DNA from: Candidatus Eiseniibacteriota bacterium
GTDB lineage: Bacteria; Eisenbacteria; RBG-16-71-46
Length of the DNA: 64,000 nt
Direction: 5' to 3'
Assembly: GCA_038231135.1 (NCBI GenBank)
Contig: JBBRLX010000015.1
Location: 23,982 to 87,981 of the forward strand
In this document: positions 20,470-30,126 of the stretch, piece by piece
Numbering within the stretch: the stretch's first letter is position 1
Layout: each line of letters begins with the position of its first letter
The notes under the pieces: model-generated
What the model saw: only the letters and a program-made list of their open reading frames with translations
Databases searched by the model: none
Told to the model about the DNA's origin: nothing
Program-made: the position numbers and the translations under genes

Positions 20470-21417
20470 TCAGCCTTCCTCCCGCCACTGCTGCGGCGCG
20501 ATCGCCGGACCGTGCTCCCGCCGCGCTACCAGGATCCGCGGGCGGCCGGTGAGGTCGTCGCGCAGCTCGACCTCGCTCCAGTCGTGGGCACCCTCGAGCC
20601 AACCGGCGACCTCCGCGGCGCGGCGCTCCGACAGCTCGAGCGCCAGCAGGCCATCGGTCACAAGGTGGCGCGGGGCCTGATCGATGATCTCGCGTAACGC
20701 CTCGAGGCCGGTCTCACCGGAAAATAGCGCCGCGTGCGGCTCGTGGTTGCGGACCTCGTCCGGCAGGTCGTCCCATTCCGTGGTCGCGATGTAGGGCGGG
20801 TTCGACACGATCGCCTCGAACCGCTCATCGCGGGCGATGGCATCGAACCAGTCACCCGCGGTGAACGTCATGCGATCCACGAGGCCGAGCGCCACCGCGT
20901 TGTCGCGCGCCAGCGCGAGCGCCTCGGAGCTCGCGTCGGTCGCCCATACGCGCGCCTGGGGCAGCTCGTGCGCGATGGCGAGGGCGATCGCGCCGGAACC
21001 GGTGCCGAGATCGAGCACCCGCGGCGTGGGCCACCGCGTTACCGCGCGGCGCAGGATGCCGAGTACGACCTCGACCAGCAGCTCGGTCTCGGGACGCGGC
21101 ACCAGCACGCGCGCGTCGACGGCCAGGTCGATGCCGCGGAACGCGGCGCGGCCGGTGATGTACTGCACGGGCTCGCCTGACAGGCGGCGTTCCAGCCACG
21201 CATCGAGCCGCTGGAGATCGTCTCCCGCCAGCACGAGCGCCGCTCCAAGGCGCAGGTCGTTGCGACCGACGCCGAGCAGCCGGCTCAGCAGCTCGTCGGC
21301 GTCGGTGGCGGGAATGCGGTGCTGCGCCAGCCGGAGCTTCGCCGCGCTCAGCGCGTCACCGAGGGTCGTGGGCACGGCGGCAGCATACTCCGGCCCCACG
21401 ACGACCGCCTCCGTCAC
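20470..21417 (-). CDS. prmC: Release factor glutamine methyltransferase
   Basis: GEPVQYITG, VLVPRPETE, LDLGTGSGAIA, SNPPY; start uncertain. Confidence 0.96.
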   Translation of the reverse strand: MTEAVVVGPEYAAAVPTTLGDALSAAKLRLAQHRIPATDADELLSRLLGVGRNDLRLGAALVLAGDDLQRLDAWLERRLSGEPVQYITGRAAFRGIDLAVDARVLVPRPETELLVEVVLGILRRAVTRWPTPRVLDLGTGSGAIALAIAHELPQARVWATDASSEALALARDNAVALGLVDRMTFTAGDWFDAIARDERFEAIVSNPPYIATTEWDDLPDEVRNHEPHAALFSGETGLEALREIIDQAPRHLVTDGLLALELSERRAAEVAGWLEGAHDWSEVELRDDLTGRPRILVARREHGPAIAPQQWREEG

Positions 21418-21453
21418 CGGGCGCGCGGCGGCCGCGCGCGCCGGCAACGGAAC

Positions 21454-21732
21454 TCAATTCTCGATGAAGAACGTGTCGAAGAACATGTATCCGCAGGTCG
21501 CGATCGCGCCCGCGACCGTGCCCGGGAACACCATGCCGCCCATCAGGGCGCGGCTGAACAGCCCGCATCCCACGGCGGCGTACACGCCGGCCAGCGTGTC
21601 TCCGACCGGAGGTTCGACCGGCGTCACCACTTCAGGCGCCGTGACGGAGGCGGCGTGAGCGTGGCCCGGAACCACGCTCCACGCTCCTGCCAGACCGAGC
21701 AACAGGAACAACAACGCGAGACGTCGTTTCAT
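21454..21732 (-). CDS. Secreted hydrophobic two-cysteine peptide (bacteriocin-like precursor), 92 aa
   Basis: AAAGGA RBS 9 nt before ATG; Sec signal MKRRLALLFLLLGLAGAW..AHA; acidic Pro-rich spacer; Gly/Ala-rich core with C-x23-C. Confidence 0.75.
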   Translation of the reverse strand: MKRRLALLFLLLGLAGAWSVVPGHAHAASVTAPEVVTPVEPPVGDTLAGVYAAVGCGLFSRALMGGMVFPGTVAGAIATCGYMFFDTFFIEN

Positions 21733-21762
21733 GGAGTCCATTCCTTTCGTGCGGCCGAGCGA

Positions 21763-21900
21763 TCAGCCGTCCATGGTTTGAGCGATGAGCATCGAGCATC
21801 CGATCGCGGCGAGAACCATTGCCAGCGTTCCCGCTGCGAACACGATCGAGATCGCGCATGCCGAGTAGGCCAGCACGCTCCCCCATCCGTTGACGACCAT
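21763..21900 (-). CDS. Small hydrophobic two-cysteine peptide, 45 aa
   Basis: GGGAGGG RBS; MVVNGWGSVLAYSACAISIVFAAGTLAMVLAAIGCSMLIAQTMDG, C-x19-C; hidden as the tail of a spurious longer ORF. Confidence 0.7.
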   Translation of the reverse strand: MVVNGWGSVLAYSACAISIVFAAGTLAMVLAAIGCSMLIAQTMDG

Positions 21901-21947
21901 GGGTCCCTCCCTGAGGTGAACCGTGCGGGGGACTGAGCGGCACCGCA

Positions 21948-22424
21948 TCACGGCGCCGATTCGAATCCCGGCGGCAGCGTGCGCAGGTAGCGCCCGCCGC
22001 CGTCGAACACCAGCACTTCGCCATACACCCGATGCCCCCAGCGGCGTCGCCACGTATCGCGGACGTCCCACCACATCCCGTCCACCACCACGTTCGCGAA
22101 CGCGGGCGCCGCGGGGAGCTTCGGAGTGTCGACCAGCAGGATGCCGAGCCGCGTCCCGGATCCCCGCGGCAGTGCGGCCGCGGCGCGCGCCAGGTGCTGC
22201 CGGCAGTGCGGGCACAATGGATTGACCGCGATCAGCCACAACTCACGCGCGCCGTCGATCGCGGGCGGCGGGCCCACGGCGACGAACTGGGCCGGTTCGA
22301 ACCGCGGCTCGCTCCAGGGCGCCATGCGGTCGTGCGCCCACGACAGACCCAGCGCCAGCACGAGCGTTGCGCACACCGCGACGAACAGCAGCGGCAGGGA
22401 GCGACGTCCCCGGGCGGGCGTCAT
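21948..22424 (-). CDS. Membrane-anchored thioredoxin-like CxxC protein, 158 aa
   Basis: N-terminal TM/signal, strand then NPLCPHC, then LGILLVD and VLVFDGGGR thioredoxin-like elements; ATGA overlap with the upstream gene. Confidence 0.7.
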   Translation of the reverse strand: MTPARGRRSLPLLFVAVCATLVLALGLSWAHDRMAPWSEPRFEPAQFVAVGPPPAIDGARELWLIAVNPLCPHCRQHLARAAAALPRGSGTRLGILLVDTPKLPAAPAFANVVVDGMWWDVRDTWRRRWGHRVYGEVLVFDGGGRYLRTLPPGFESAP

Positions 22425-23062
22425 GACAGCGGGCTCATGCCGCGCGCGAGATCGAGACCCCACCACAGCGCGAGGCGGGTCACGAGCCAGCCCGCGAGCG
22501 TGACCAGCAACGGGAGCCCGATGCTGCGGCCGGTCTCGCGCGCCTGCGCCCATGCCGTCAGCGCAATGCGCAGCAACGCGCACAGCCCGAACGTCGCGAA
22601 CGCCCCGCCCAGCGCCGAGGCGTGAGCACCCGGAGCGCTCGCGAGTCCCGCCCCCAGCACCGGCGCGAGCCACCGGGCGAGGCCCGGGGCGGCGTCGCGG
22701 ATCAGCATCTGCAAGGTGTCCGATCCGGCATCGATCAGCGATAGCGACGCCACGACGACGAAGAAGCGCGCGAACCGGAACCCCGCGCCGAAGCTGCGCC
22801 ACCAGGCCCAGTAGAACAGGGATTCGCAGCCAACCGACGCGAACCGTCCAAACACCGAGCTAGCCGCGAGCCACCCCAGCGACATTGCGGGCGCGCCGCT
22901 CGCGCCCATCACCGCGTCGAACCCCGCCTGGTCGATCTGCCGCCGGGTGACGGCCCACCAGACCCCACCGATGCCGAGGAGCCACAGCACCGAAACCAAC
23001 TTGTGACCCGGCCCCGTTCGGATTCGGGGCGCGGTCGCTTCGAACGTCTGCGCGTAGTGCAT
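22421..23062 (-). CDS. Multi-pass membrane protein, Yip1-like, 213 aa
   Basis: GGAGGA RBS; about 5-6 hydrophobic segments; FYWAWWRSFGAGFRFARFF resembles the Yip1 loop; family call tentative. Confidence 0.7.
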   Translation of the reverse strand: MHYAQTFEATAPRIRTGPGHKLVSVLWLLGIGGVWWAVTRRQIDQAGFDAVMGASGAPAMSLGWLAASSVFGRFASVGCESLFYWAWWRSFGAGFRFARFFVVVASLSLIDAGSDTLQMLIRDAAPGLARWLAPVLGAGLASAPGAHASALGGAFATFGLCALLRIALTAWAQARETGRSIGLPLLVTLAGWLVTRLALWWGLDLARGMSPLS

Positions 23063-23065
23063 GAC

Positions 23066-23088
23066 GTCGTTCCTCCCGGAGGAATGAC
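23066..23088 (-). promoter_or_regulatory. Hairpin sequestering the Shine-Dalgarno of the Yip1-like gene
   Basis: GTCATTCCTC-CGG-GAGGAACGAC, 9 of 10 pairs, 3 nt before ATG. Confidence 0.5.
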
Positions 23089-23191
23089 GGGGGCATGCAC
23101 CCGCAGTCAGAGCACGGCGTGTGCCGGGAATGAGGCGGCGCCTCAGCGCGGCGCGATGCGATACCGCGGGAACGACATACGCGGCAAGAGG

Positions 23192-23207
23192 TGCAAACGC
23201 CGCGCCC
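23192..23207 (-). promoter_or_regulatory. Possible sigma54 promoter for the peptide cassette
   Basis: GGGCGCG-GCGT-TTGCA, GG-N10-GC spacing; imperfect -24 box. Confidence 0.4.
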
Positions 23208-23299
23208 CGGTCACCCGACGACAGGCGTCGCCGCGTGGACACGCCCGCCCACGAAGTGGACGCCTTGAGTGCAGGCAAGTGTCACAACAACCACGTGCC

Positions 23300-23452
23300 G
23301 CGATGCCGTTCGGGGTGAGGTTCCGCAGGCGGGGACCGAGCGCAGCGCGGGAGTGCAGGGATGCACGGAGCGCTGCGCGAGTAGCGAGGACCCGCCAGGA
23401 TGGCGGGGGCGAAGCGTCCCCGCCGTAGGAATCCCACCCCGAACGGCATCGC
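23300..23452. repeat. REP/MITE-like nested palindromic element
   Basis: Perfect 18-bp terminal inverted repeat GCGATGCCGTTCGGGGTG / CACCCCGAACGGCATCGC with inner stems; extra partial arm copy at ~23481-23498. Confidence 0.75.
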
Positions 23453-23512
23453 TGCTCAAGAGCAACCGCCGGAGGAACTTCACCCCCAACGGCATCGCAG
23501 CTCGAGCGGAGC

Positions 23513-24586
23513 CTAGACTTCCGCTCCCAAAGCCGCCAACCGCTCCGCGATATCCGCCACGATCAGCGCATCGGACAGCTCGGCGAGGTCGCCTTCCATC
23601 ACCATCGGCAGGTTGTGCGACGTGAAGTTGATACGGTGATCCGTAACCCGGCTCTGCGGAAAATTGTACGTGCGGATCTTGGCGCTGCGGTCGCCTGTCG
23701 ACACCTGCGACTTGCGCTGCGCCGCGTACTTCGCCTGCGCCTCCTGCAGCTTCAAGTCGTAGAGCCGCGCCCGCAGCACCTTCATCGCCTTCGCGCGGTT
23801 CTTGATCTGGGAGCGCTCATCCTGGCACGTGACGACGAGACCCGTCGGCAGGTGGGTGATGCGCACCGCAGAATCGGTGGTGTTGACGCCCTGGCCGCCG
23901 GGGCCGCCGGCGCGATACACATCGACCCGCAGGTCCTTCTCGGCCACGTCGACGTCGACGTCCTCCACTTCGGGCAGCACCGCGACCGTCGCGGCCGACG
24001 TGTGGATGCGCCCCGACGCCTCGGTGGCGGGCACCCGCTGCACGCGATGGACGCCGCTCTCGAACTTCATCTGGCGGTACACCCCCTCGCCCGAGAGCAG
24101 GAAGATGACCTCTTTGTACCCGCCCACGCCCGAATCGCTCGCGCTGATCATCTCCTGCTTCCAGCCGCGCCGCTCGGCGAACCGGGTGTACATCCGGTAC
24201 AGCTCGGCGGCGAACAGCGACGCCTCGTCGCCGCCGGTGCCCGCGCGGACTTCGACGATCACGTTCTTGTCGTCGTCGGGATCGGGCGGCAGCAGCATCC
24301 GGCGGAGCGCGGCCTCGAGCGACTCGCGCCGGCTGTGCAGCTCGGGCAGCTCGGCCCGGGCCAGCTCCGACAGGTCGGCATCCCCGGTGGCGATCGCGGC
24401 CTCGTCGTCAGCAATCGTCCGCTCGACGCTGCGGTACTCGGCGAGCGACCGCATGGTCTGCTCGAGCCGCGAGCGCTCGCGGGACAGGTCGCGGAGCCGG
24501 CGCGGATCCCCGGTGACTTCGGGATCGCTGAGCAGCGCCGTCAGCTCGGCGTAGCGGGTTTCGACTTTCTTGAGGGCGTCCCACAT
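23513..24586 (-). CDS. prfA: Peptide chain release factor 1
   Basis: [26 protein letters not shown] (PxT), [13 protein letters not shown]. Confidence 0.98.
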   Translation of the reverse strand: MWDALKKVETRYAELTALLSDPEVTGDPRRLRDLSRERSRLEQTMRSLAEYRSVERTIADDEAAIATGDADLSELARAELPELHSRRESLEAALRRMLLPPDPDDDKNVIVEVRAGTGGDEASLFAAELYRMYTRFAERRGWKQEMISASDSGVGGYKEVIFLLSGEGVYRQMKFESGVHRVQRVPATEASGRIHTSAATVAVLPEVEDVDVDVAEKDLRVDVYRAGGPGGQGVNTTDSAVRITHLPTGLVVTCQDERSQIKNRAKAMKVLRARLYDLKLQEAQAKYAAQRKSQVSTGDRSAKIRTYNFPQSRVTDHRINFTSHNLPMVMEGDLAELSDALIVADIAERLAALGAEV

Positions 24587-24671
24587 GGTGGCGGCTTGGG
24601 CGTAGGGAGTGAGGTTCGCGGCCGCTCGGGACCCGCCGGCTCAGGAGCCGGCGGCCGCGGCGCGCGGGCCG

Positions 24672-25724
24672 TCACTGCACGAACGCCACCTCCGAGTCCG
24701 TGCCATCCGCGGCCAGCTCGAGCGCCACGACCTTCTCGTCGCCGCGCACCTGTTCGAGCGCCGCGATCGCGACCGCGCACATCTCGAGGTCCGGCTCGCG
24801 CGTGGTGAGCCGCTGGAACTGGAGCCCGGGCCAGATCAGCGCGCGGATCAGCGGCTGCTGCGAATGCCGGCCCGAGATGCGGATGAACTCGAACGCCACG
24901 CCCGCGATCAGCGGCATGCACGCGATGCGCAGCAGGTGATCACCGATCCCGCGCGGGCGGCCGATGAACGTGAACACCACGATGCTCACGATCACGATCA
25001 GGAACAGGAACGATGTGCCGCAGCGCGGATGGAACCGCGAGAACGTCTGGACGCTGGCGGGCGTCAGCGGCGCCCGGTTCTCGAGCGCGTGGATCGCCTT
25101 GTGCTCGGCGCCGTGAAACCCCAGCACGCGTCGCATCTCCTTCCACTGGCTGATGAGCAGCAGGTAGAGGATGAACGCGATCAGCCGGAACAGGCCGTCG
25201 ACCAGCCCGAATCCGATGCGGTCGCGGAACCCGAGCCAGCCGGTGAGCCGTGCCGGCAGCACCACGAACATGAACAATCCAACCGCGAACGAGACCGCGA
25301 GCGTGAGGACCTGCGCCGCGCCGCCGAGCCCGCTGCTGCCGGCTGCCGCGGACGGGCGGGACATCGGCAGCGGCACCACCGGCAGTGGCACCGCGGGCGA
25401 TGCGGGCACGCCGATCGCTTCGGGATGTTCGGGGTGGCCCGCGTGCCCCGCCGGCGCGGCCGCTGCCGAGGGTGACTCCTTCACCGCCTCATCGGCGCTG
25501 AAGTTGAGCGCGGTGATGCCCAGGTAGAGCGTCTCGAACAGCGACACCGCCCCGCGCACGATCGGCAGCCCGAGCAGTTTCACGCGTAGCGTGATCGACT
25601 CGAACCGCCGCTCGAGCATGCCGATCGAACCGTCGGCATGCCGCACGGCGACGGCCACGCGCGAGGGTGAGCGCATCATCACGCCCTCGATCACCGCCTG
25701 GCCGCCGACCGGCAGGAACGGCAT
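24672..25724 (-). CDS. DUF1385 (YqhQ-like) membrane protein
   Basis: VGGQAVIEGVMMR, FHGAEHKAI, HPRCGTSF, LQFQRLTTREPD. Confidence 0.93.
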   Translation of the reverse strand: MPFLPVGGQAVIEGVMMRSPSRVAVAVRHADGSIGMLERRFESITLRVKLLGLPIVRGAVSLFETLYLGITALNFSADEAVKESPSAAAAPAGHAGHPEHPEAIGVPASPAVPLPVVPLPMSRPSAAAGSSGLGGAAQVLTLAVSFAVGLFMFVVLPARLTGWLGFRDRIGFGLVDGLFRLIAFILYLLLISQWKEMRRVLGFHGAEHKAIHALENRAPLTPASVQTFSRFHPRCGTSFLFLIVIVSIVVFTFIGRPRGIGDHLLRIACMPLIAGVAFEFIRISGRHSQQPLIRALIWPGLQFQRLTTREPDLEMCAVAIAALEQVRGDEKVVALELAADGTDSEVAFVQ

Positions 25725-25727
25725 GTT

Positions 25728-26012
25728 CTAGGATTTCGCGGCTGCGGGCGTTGCGGCTTCGGGCGTTTCGGCTTCGGGAGTCGCCGTGGCGTCCTTCTTC
25801 TCGTAGCGCTTGCGGAACCGCTCGACGCGCCCCGCCTTGTCCACGATGCGCTGCTTGCCGGTGTAGAACGGATGGCAGTTCGAGCAGATGTCGAGATGGA
25901 CCTTGCCGTCCGAGGTGCTCGGCGTGATCGTCGTGCGCGTCTCCCACTCGAAGTTGCAGCCGTAACAGTGGAATGTGCGCAGCACGTACACGGGGTGAAT
26001 GCCTGCCTTCAT
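25728..26012 (-). CDS. rpmE: 50S ribosomal protein L31 (four-Cys type)
   Basis: MKAGIHPVY, CYGC, DICSNCHPFYTGKQRIVDKAGRVERF. Confidence 0.96.
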   Translation of the reverse strand: MKAGIHPVYVLRTFHCYGCNFEWETRTTITPSTSDGKVHLDICSNCHPFYTGKQRIVDKAGRVERFRKRYEKKDATATPEAETPEAATPAAAKS

Positions 26013-26254
26013 CGGAATTTCCTTTCGAGCGCCGTCGAATGCCACAGGGACTGTCCTATGACCCGAAACGGTGGCGTGCCCGGCCGCCGGATGGTCCGGC
26101 GTGTGGGCCGCGGGTTGAAGCGGTTGAGGAGTATGCCACAGCGGGTTGCAGGGCCGCCAGCGACCAGGCGGTCGGGTGCGTCCCGGACCCTCAGACGCGC
26201 GCGCTGCGGTTTCGATTCCCGGCTTTCCACAATTTCGCTGGACACGCGTCCGAA

Positions 26255-26281
26255 ATTGACTAAAATACGAATCTGGTCATT
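26255..26281 (+). promoter_or_regulatory. Probable TetR operator overlapping a -35-like box
   Basis: AT-rich imperfect palindrome TGACTAAAATACGAATCTGGTCA containing TTGACT, ~30 bp before the tetR start. Confidence 0.6.
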
Positions 26282-26311
26282 CGTTCAGTCCCGATTCCAG
26301 GAGATCCGGAC

Positions 26312-26965
26312 GTGCGCAGCGTGAACCCGGTGCCCGAAACCTCCGAGCGCATCCTCGACGCCGCCGACCGGCTGCTCGGCCGGTTCGGTTACCGCAAGAC
26401 CACGGTCGAGGATCTGGCGCGCGAGGCCGGGATCGGCAAGGGCACCGTCTATCTGTCGTTCGAGAGCAAGGAGAGCATCGCGCTCGCCTGCATCGATCGC
26501 ATGGTCGACCGGCTGCTCGGCCGGCTGCGCGCAATCGCCGTCACCCCGGAATCGCCCGCGCGCCGGGTGCGCGCGATGCTGATCGAGCGGGTCATGCACC
26601 GGTTCGACTATGCCGCCCAGCATTCCACGAGCGTGGAGGAGCTGGTGGCGTCGCTGCGCCCCCGCCTGCTCGAACGCCGGGCCGGCTACTTCCGTGCCGA
26701 GGCCGAGCTGCTGGCCGCGGTGATCACCGAGGGACGGCGCACGGCCAGCTTCCTCGTTTCCGACCCTCACGAGGCGGCCTACGCGCTGGTACTCGCCACC
26801 AACGCGCTGCTGCCTTACAGCCTCGCCGTTCACGAGCTCGGCCGCCGCGCGGATATCGAGCGGCGGGCCGGGCACATCGCAGAGCTGTTGCTGCACGGGC
26901 TCGAAGGCGGCGTGACGGGTACGGCACGCCGCCGCCCCCACGCCCGCGAAAGGACTTCGTCATGA
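26312..26965 (+). CDS. TetR/AcrR family transcriptional regulator
   Basis: ILDAA..L...GY.KTTVEDLAREAGIGKGTVYL.F.SKE. Confidence 0.93.
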   Translation: MRSVNPVPETSERILDAADRLLGRFGYRKTTVEDLAREAGIGKGTVYLSFESKESIALACIDRMVDRLLGRLRAIAVTPESPARRVRAMLIERVMHRFDYAAQHSTSVEELVASLRPRLLERRAGYFRAEAELLAAVITEGRRTASFLVSDPHEAAYALVLATNALLPYSLAVHELGRRADIERRAGHIAELLLHGLEGGVTGTARRRPHARERTSS

Positions 26966-28161
26966 GATCCGCTGCCGTTTCCACCGCGCGACTCGACTCC
27001 CGGTTCCGCCGGCACGTGGCGGCCGCCATGGCGTCGGCGCTGTTCGCCGCCCTCGCGGCGAGCCGCGCCCACGCCCAATTCAACTTCCCATCTCCCGACC
27101 AGGCCGACATGAAGATCGACGCGGCGACGCGCGCCGCGGTCGTCGAGAGCCTGGCGACGCAGGTCGACCGGCGCTACGTGTTCCCGGACGTCGCGAAGCG
27201 AACCGCGCTCGCGCTCCGCAGCCGGCTCAAGAAGGGCGATTTCAACGCGATCACTTCAGCGAAGGAATTCGCCGATTCCCTCACGGCCACGCTGCACGCC
27301 GTGGGCAAGGACCGGCATTTTCATACGTTCTACTACGATCGCGCGCTGCCGCCCGACGCGTTCGCCCGCGGCGAACCGTCGGCCGCCGAGCGCGCGATCG
27401 AGGAGCTGAACGCGCGGCGGTTGAACCACGGCTTCGAGCGGATCCAGCGGCTCGCCGGCAACGTCGGCTACCTGGAGCTGCGCTCGTTCGACGGCTCGCC
27501 CGAAGCGGGCGCGCTCGCCCAGGCCGCGATGACGCTGCTCGGCAATTCCGACGCGCTGATCGTGGACCTGCGCCGCAACGGCGGCGGCGACCCCAACATG
27601 ATCATGCTGCTGATGAGCTGGCTGTTCCCGGCCGACGACCGCGTGCATGTGAACGACTTCTACGAGCGCGAGGGCGGCCGCACCGAGCAGTTCTGGACGC
27701 TGACGTCGCTGCCCGGGCCACGCTACGTGGACAAGGAGGTGTACGTGCTCACGGGATCGCGGACCGCGTCGGCCGCGGAGGAATTCGCGTACGACGTGAA
27801 GAGCCTCAGGCGGGGCACGGTGGTGGGTGAAACGACGGCGGGCGGCGCGAATCCCGGGGCCATGGTCCGGCTCAACGACCACTTCGCGGCGTTCATCTCC
27901 GACGGTCGCGCGGTGAACCCGGTGACGGGCACCAACTGGGAGGGCGTGGGCGTGGCGCCCGACGTCCGCGTGCCGGCCGGGGACGCGCTCAAGACCGCAC
28001 ACCTGGCGGCGCTCACGAAGCTGCTGGACAAGGCCTCCGACCCCGAGCGCAAGGCCGCGCTCACGCGGGCGCTGGACCAGGTGACGGCGACGCCGCCGGA
28101 GCCGCTCGACATGGGCGGCCCGCCCAACGGCCAGCCACGGCGCGTGGTGATGGGCCGCTGA
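26962..28161 (+). CDS. Exported S41 family peptidase (IRBP-like)
   Basis: Signal peptide; [52 protein letters not shown] overlap with tetR. Confidence 0.92.
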   Translation: MRSAAVSTARLDSRFRRHVAAAMASALFAALAASRAHAQFNFPSPDQADMKIDAATRAAVVESLATQVDRRYVFPDVAKRTALALRSRLKKGDFNAITSAKEFADSLTATLHAVGKDRHFHTFYYDRALPPDAFARGEPSAAERAIEELNARRLNHGFERIQRLAGNVGYLELRSFDGSPEAGALAQAAMTLLGNSDALIVDLRRNGGGDPNMIMLLMSWLFPADDRVHVNDFYEREGGRTEQFWTLTSLPGPRYVDKEVYVLTGSRTASAAEEFAYDVKSLRRGTVVGETTAGGANPGAMVRLNDHFAAFISDGRAVNPVTGTNWEGVGVAPDVRVPAGDALKTAHLAALTKLLDKASDPERKAALTRALDQVTATPPEPLDMGGPPNGQPRRVVMGR

Positions 28162-28203
28162 AGCGGCCGCCGGGGCTGACTCGGATATCCCGGCCACGGC
28201 TGC

Positions 28204-28249
28204 AAACAAACGACGCGACCGCCTGCGAATTCTGCGGGCGGTCGCGTCG
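28204..28249 (-). terminator. Intrinsic terminator downstream of rho (possibly bidirectional)
   Basis: 16-bp stem CGACGCGACCGCCTGC / GCGGGCGGTCGCGTCG followed on - by TTTGTTT. Confidence 0.7.
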
Positions 28250-28282
28250 AGCGTTCGGGACCAAAGGGTCGGTGGCAATCTC

Positions 28283-29596
28283 CTACGAGTTCATGCTCTC
28301 CAGGAACTTCTTGTTCGTCTTGGTGTCCGACAGCTTGGAGATCAGGAATTCCATCGCCTCGACCGAGTTCAGCTCGTTCAGGAACTTGCGCAGGATCCAC
28401 ACGCGCTGGAGCGTCTCGGGCGTCATCAGCAGCTCTTCCTTGCGGGTGCCCGACTTGTTGATGTCGATGGCCGGGAAGATGCGCTTGTCCGAGATCTTGC
28501 GGTCGAGCACCAGCTCGGAATTGCCGGTGCCCTTGAACTCCTCGAAGATCACCTCGTCCATGCGCGAGCCGGTGTCGATCAGCGCCGTGGCGATGATCGT
28601 GAGCGAGCCGCCGCCCTCGATGTTGCGCGCCGAGCCGAAGAACCGCTTGGGCCGCTGCAGAGCGTTCGCGTCGACGCCGCCCGACAAAATCTTGCCGGAG
28701 TGCGGCACCACGGTGTTGTGGGCGCGCGCGAGCCGGGTGATCGAATCGAGCAGGATCACCACGTCACGCTTGTGCTCGACGAGCCGCTTGGCCTTCTCGA
28801 TCACCATCTCGGCCACCTGCACGTGGCGCTCGGCGGGCTCGTCGAACGTCGACGAAATCACCTCGCCCTTGACCGTGCGCTGCATGTCGGTGACTTCCTC
28901 GGGGCGCTCGTCGATCAGCAGCACGATCAGCATCACTTCCGGATGGTTCTCGCTGATCGCGTTCGCGATCTTCTGCAGCAGGATCGTCTTGCCGGCCTTG
29001 GGCGGCGACGTGATCAGCGCGCGCTGGCCCTTGCCGATCGGGCACAGCAGGTCGATGATCCGGGTCTCGATGCAGCGATCCTTGGTCTCGAGCGACACCT
29101 TGTCCTGCGGGTAGAGCGGCGTCAGGTTGTCGAACAGGATCTTGTCCTTGGCCGCCTCGGGACTCTCGAAATTGACCGCCTCGACGCGCAGCAGCGCGAA
29201 GTACCGCTCGCCTTCCTTGGGCGGGCGCACCTGCCCGGACACCGTATCGCCGGTGTGGAGATCGAACCGCTTGATCTGCGACGGCGACACGTAGATGTCG
29301 TCGGGACCGGGCAGATAGTTGTAGCTCGGCGCGCGCAGGAAGCCGTAGCCCTCGGGCAGGATTTCGAGCACGCCCTCGGCGAAGATCAGCCCGTTCTTCT
29401 CGGTCTGGGCCTCGAGGATCTTGAAGATCAGCTCCTGCTTGCGGAGCCCGCTCGTGCCCTGGATGTCGAGCTCCTGGGACAGATTGAGGAGCTCCGCCAT
29501 GGTCTTGCCCTTGAGCGTGGTCAATTCCATAGTCTGCGCGCTGGTCGTCAGGACCGAGGTGGGTATGGGAGTTGCGGGTGTGATCTGCGTTTCCAT
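28283..29596 (-). CDS. rho: Transcription termination factor Rho
   Basis: [56 protein letters not shown]; start uncertain (29596 or 29530). Confidence 0.98.
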   Translation of the reverse strand: METQITPATPIPTSVLTTSAQTMELTTLKGKTMAELLNLSQELDIQGTSGLRKQELIFKILEAQTEKNGLIFAEGVLEILPEGYGFLRAPSYNYLPGPDDIYVSPSQIKRFDLHTGDTVSGQVRPPKEGERYFALLRVEAVNFESPEAAKDKILFDNLTPLYPQDKVSLETKDRCIETRIIDLLCPIGKGQRALITSPPKAGKTILLQKIANAISENHPEVMLIVLLIDERPEEVTDMQRTVKGEVISSTFDEPAERHVQVAEMVIEKAKRLVEHKRDVVILLDSITRLARAHNTVVPHSGKILSGGVDANALQRPKRFFGSARNIEGGGSLTIIATALIDTGSRMDEVIFEEFKGTGNSELVLDRKISDKRIFPAIDINKSGTRKEELLMTPETLQRVWILRKFLNELNSVEAMEFLISKLSDTKTNKKFLESMNS

Positions 29597-29910
29597 CGCG
29601 TCTCGCCTCTGAGGTTGGGCGGTACTGCTCCTGCGCAGGCCTGATGGCCGTGCAGCCCTGTTGGGTGGGATGGGTCGGGCTCGGGGGTCCGGAACGACCA
29701 GGAACGTTGCTGCCTTTGGGGTGACCTGCGAGTGGTATCTGCGTACGAGGATCGGTGGATTCGCACCCGCCGAATCTTGGATTTTGGAGCCGTTGGAACT
29801 GGAGCCCTGTCGGATGGTCGTCGCGAAATCGAAGAGGACCCGGGGTGGATCAAGGGTCGCTGAGGACCAGCCGATCAGGTCGCAAGCGGCGCGAGCCACT
29901 CACGAAGCCA

Positions 29911-29939
29911 AGGTTATGCGCGGCCCTCACACTTGTCAA
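29911..29939 (-). promoter_or_regulatory. Sigma70 promoter of rho
   Basis: TTGACA-17 nt-TAACCT. Confidence 0.7.
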
Positions 29940-30100
29940 GATATTGTATCGGCGGCGGCATCCGCCCTGTCGAGGAGTTTGCCATCTGCAATACCGTTGA
30001 GATGCGAAACGATCGATCGGGATCGATCCCGGCTTCGGGGGGCGGCCCGGTTCCGCTCGAAGTCGTTGTAATTGAATGGGCTTGGCGTCCATGCCGCGAT

Positions 30101-30116
30101 TGGCATGGACGCTGCA
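30101..30116 (+). promoter_or_regulatory. Sigma54 promoter
   Basis: TGGCATG-GACG-CTGCA with GG-N10-GC; IHF-like AAGTCGTTGTAA ~35 bp upstream. Confidence 0.6.
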
Positions 30117-30126
30117 ATACATCTCG

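Noticed and set aside
21763..21765. Selenocysteine read-through of peptide UGA stops given nearby selB
   Set aside because: No SECIS-like hairpin or Cys-equivalent context recognised.
21763..22802. ORF-track starts for the 158-aa and 284-aa ORFs
   Set aside because: Over-extended into neighbouring genes; RBS and ATGA overlaps support starts at 21900 and 22424.
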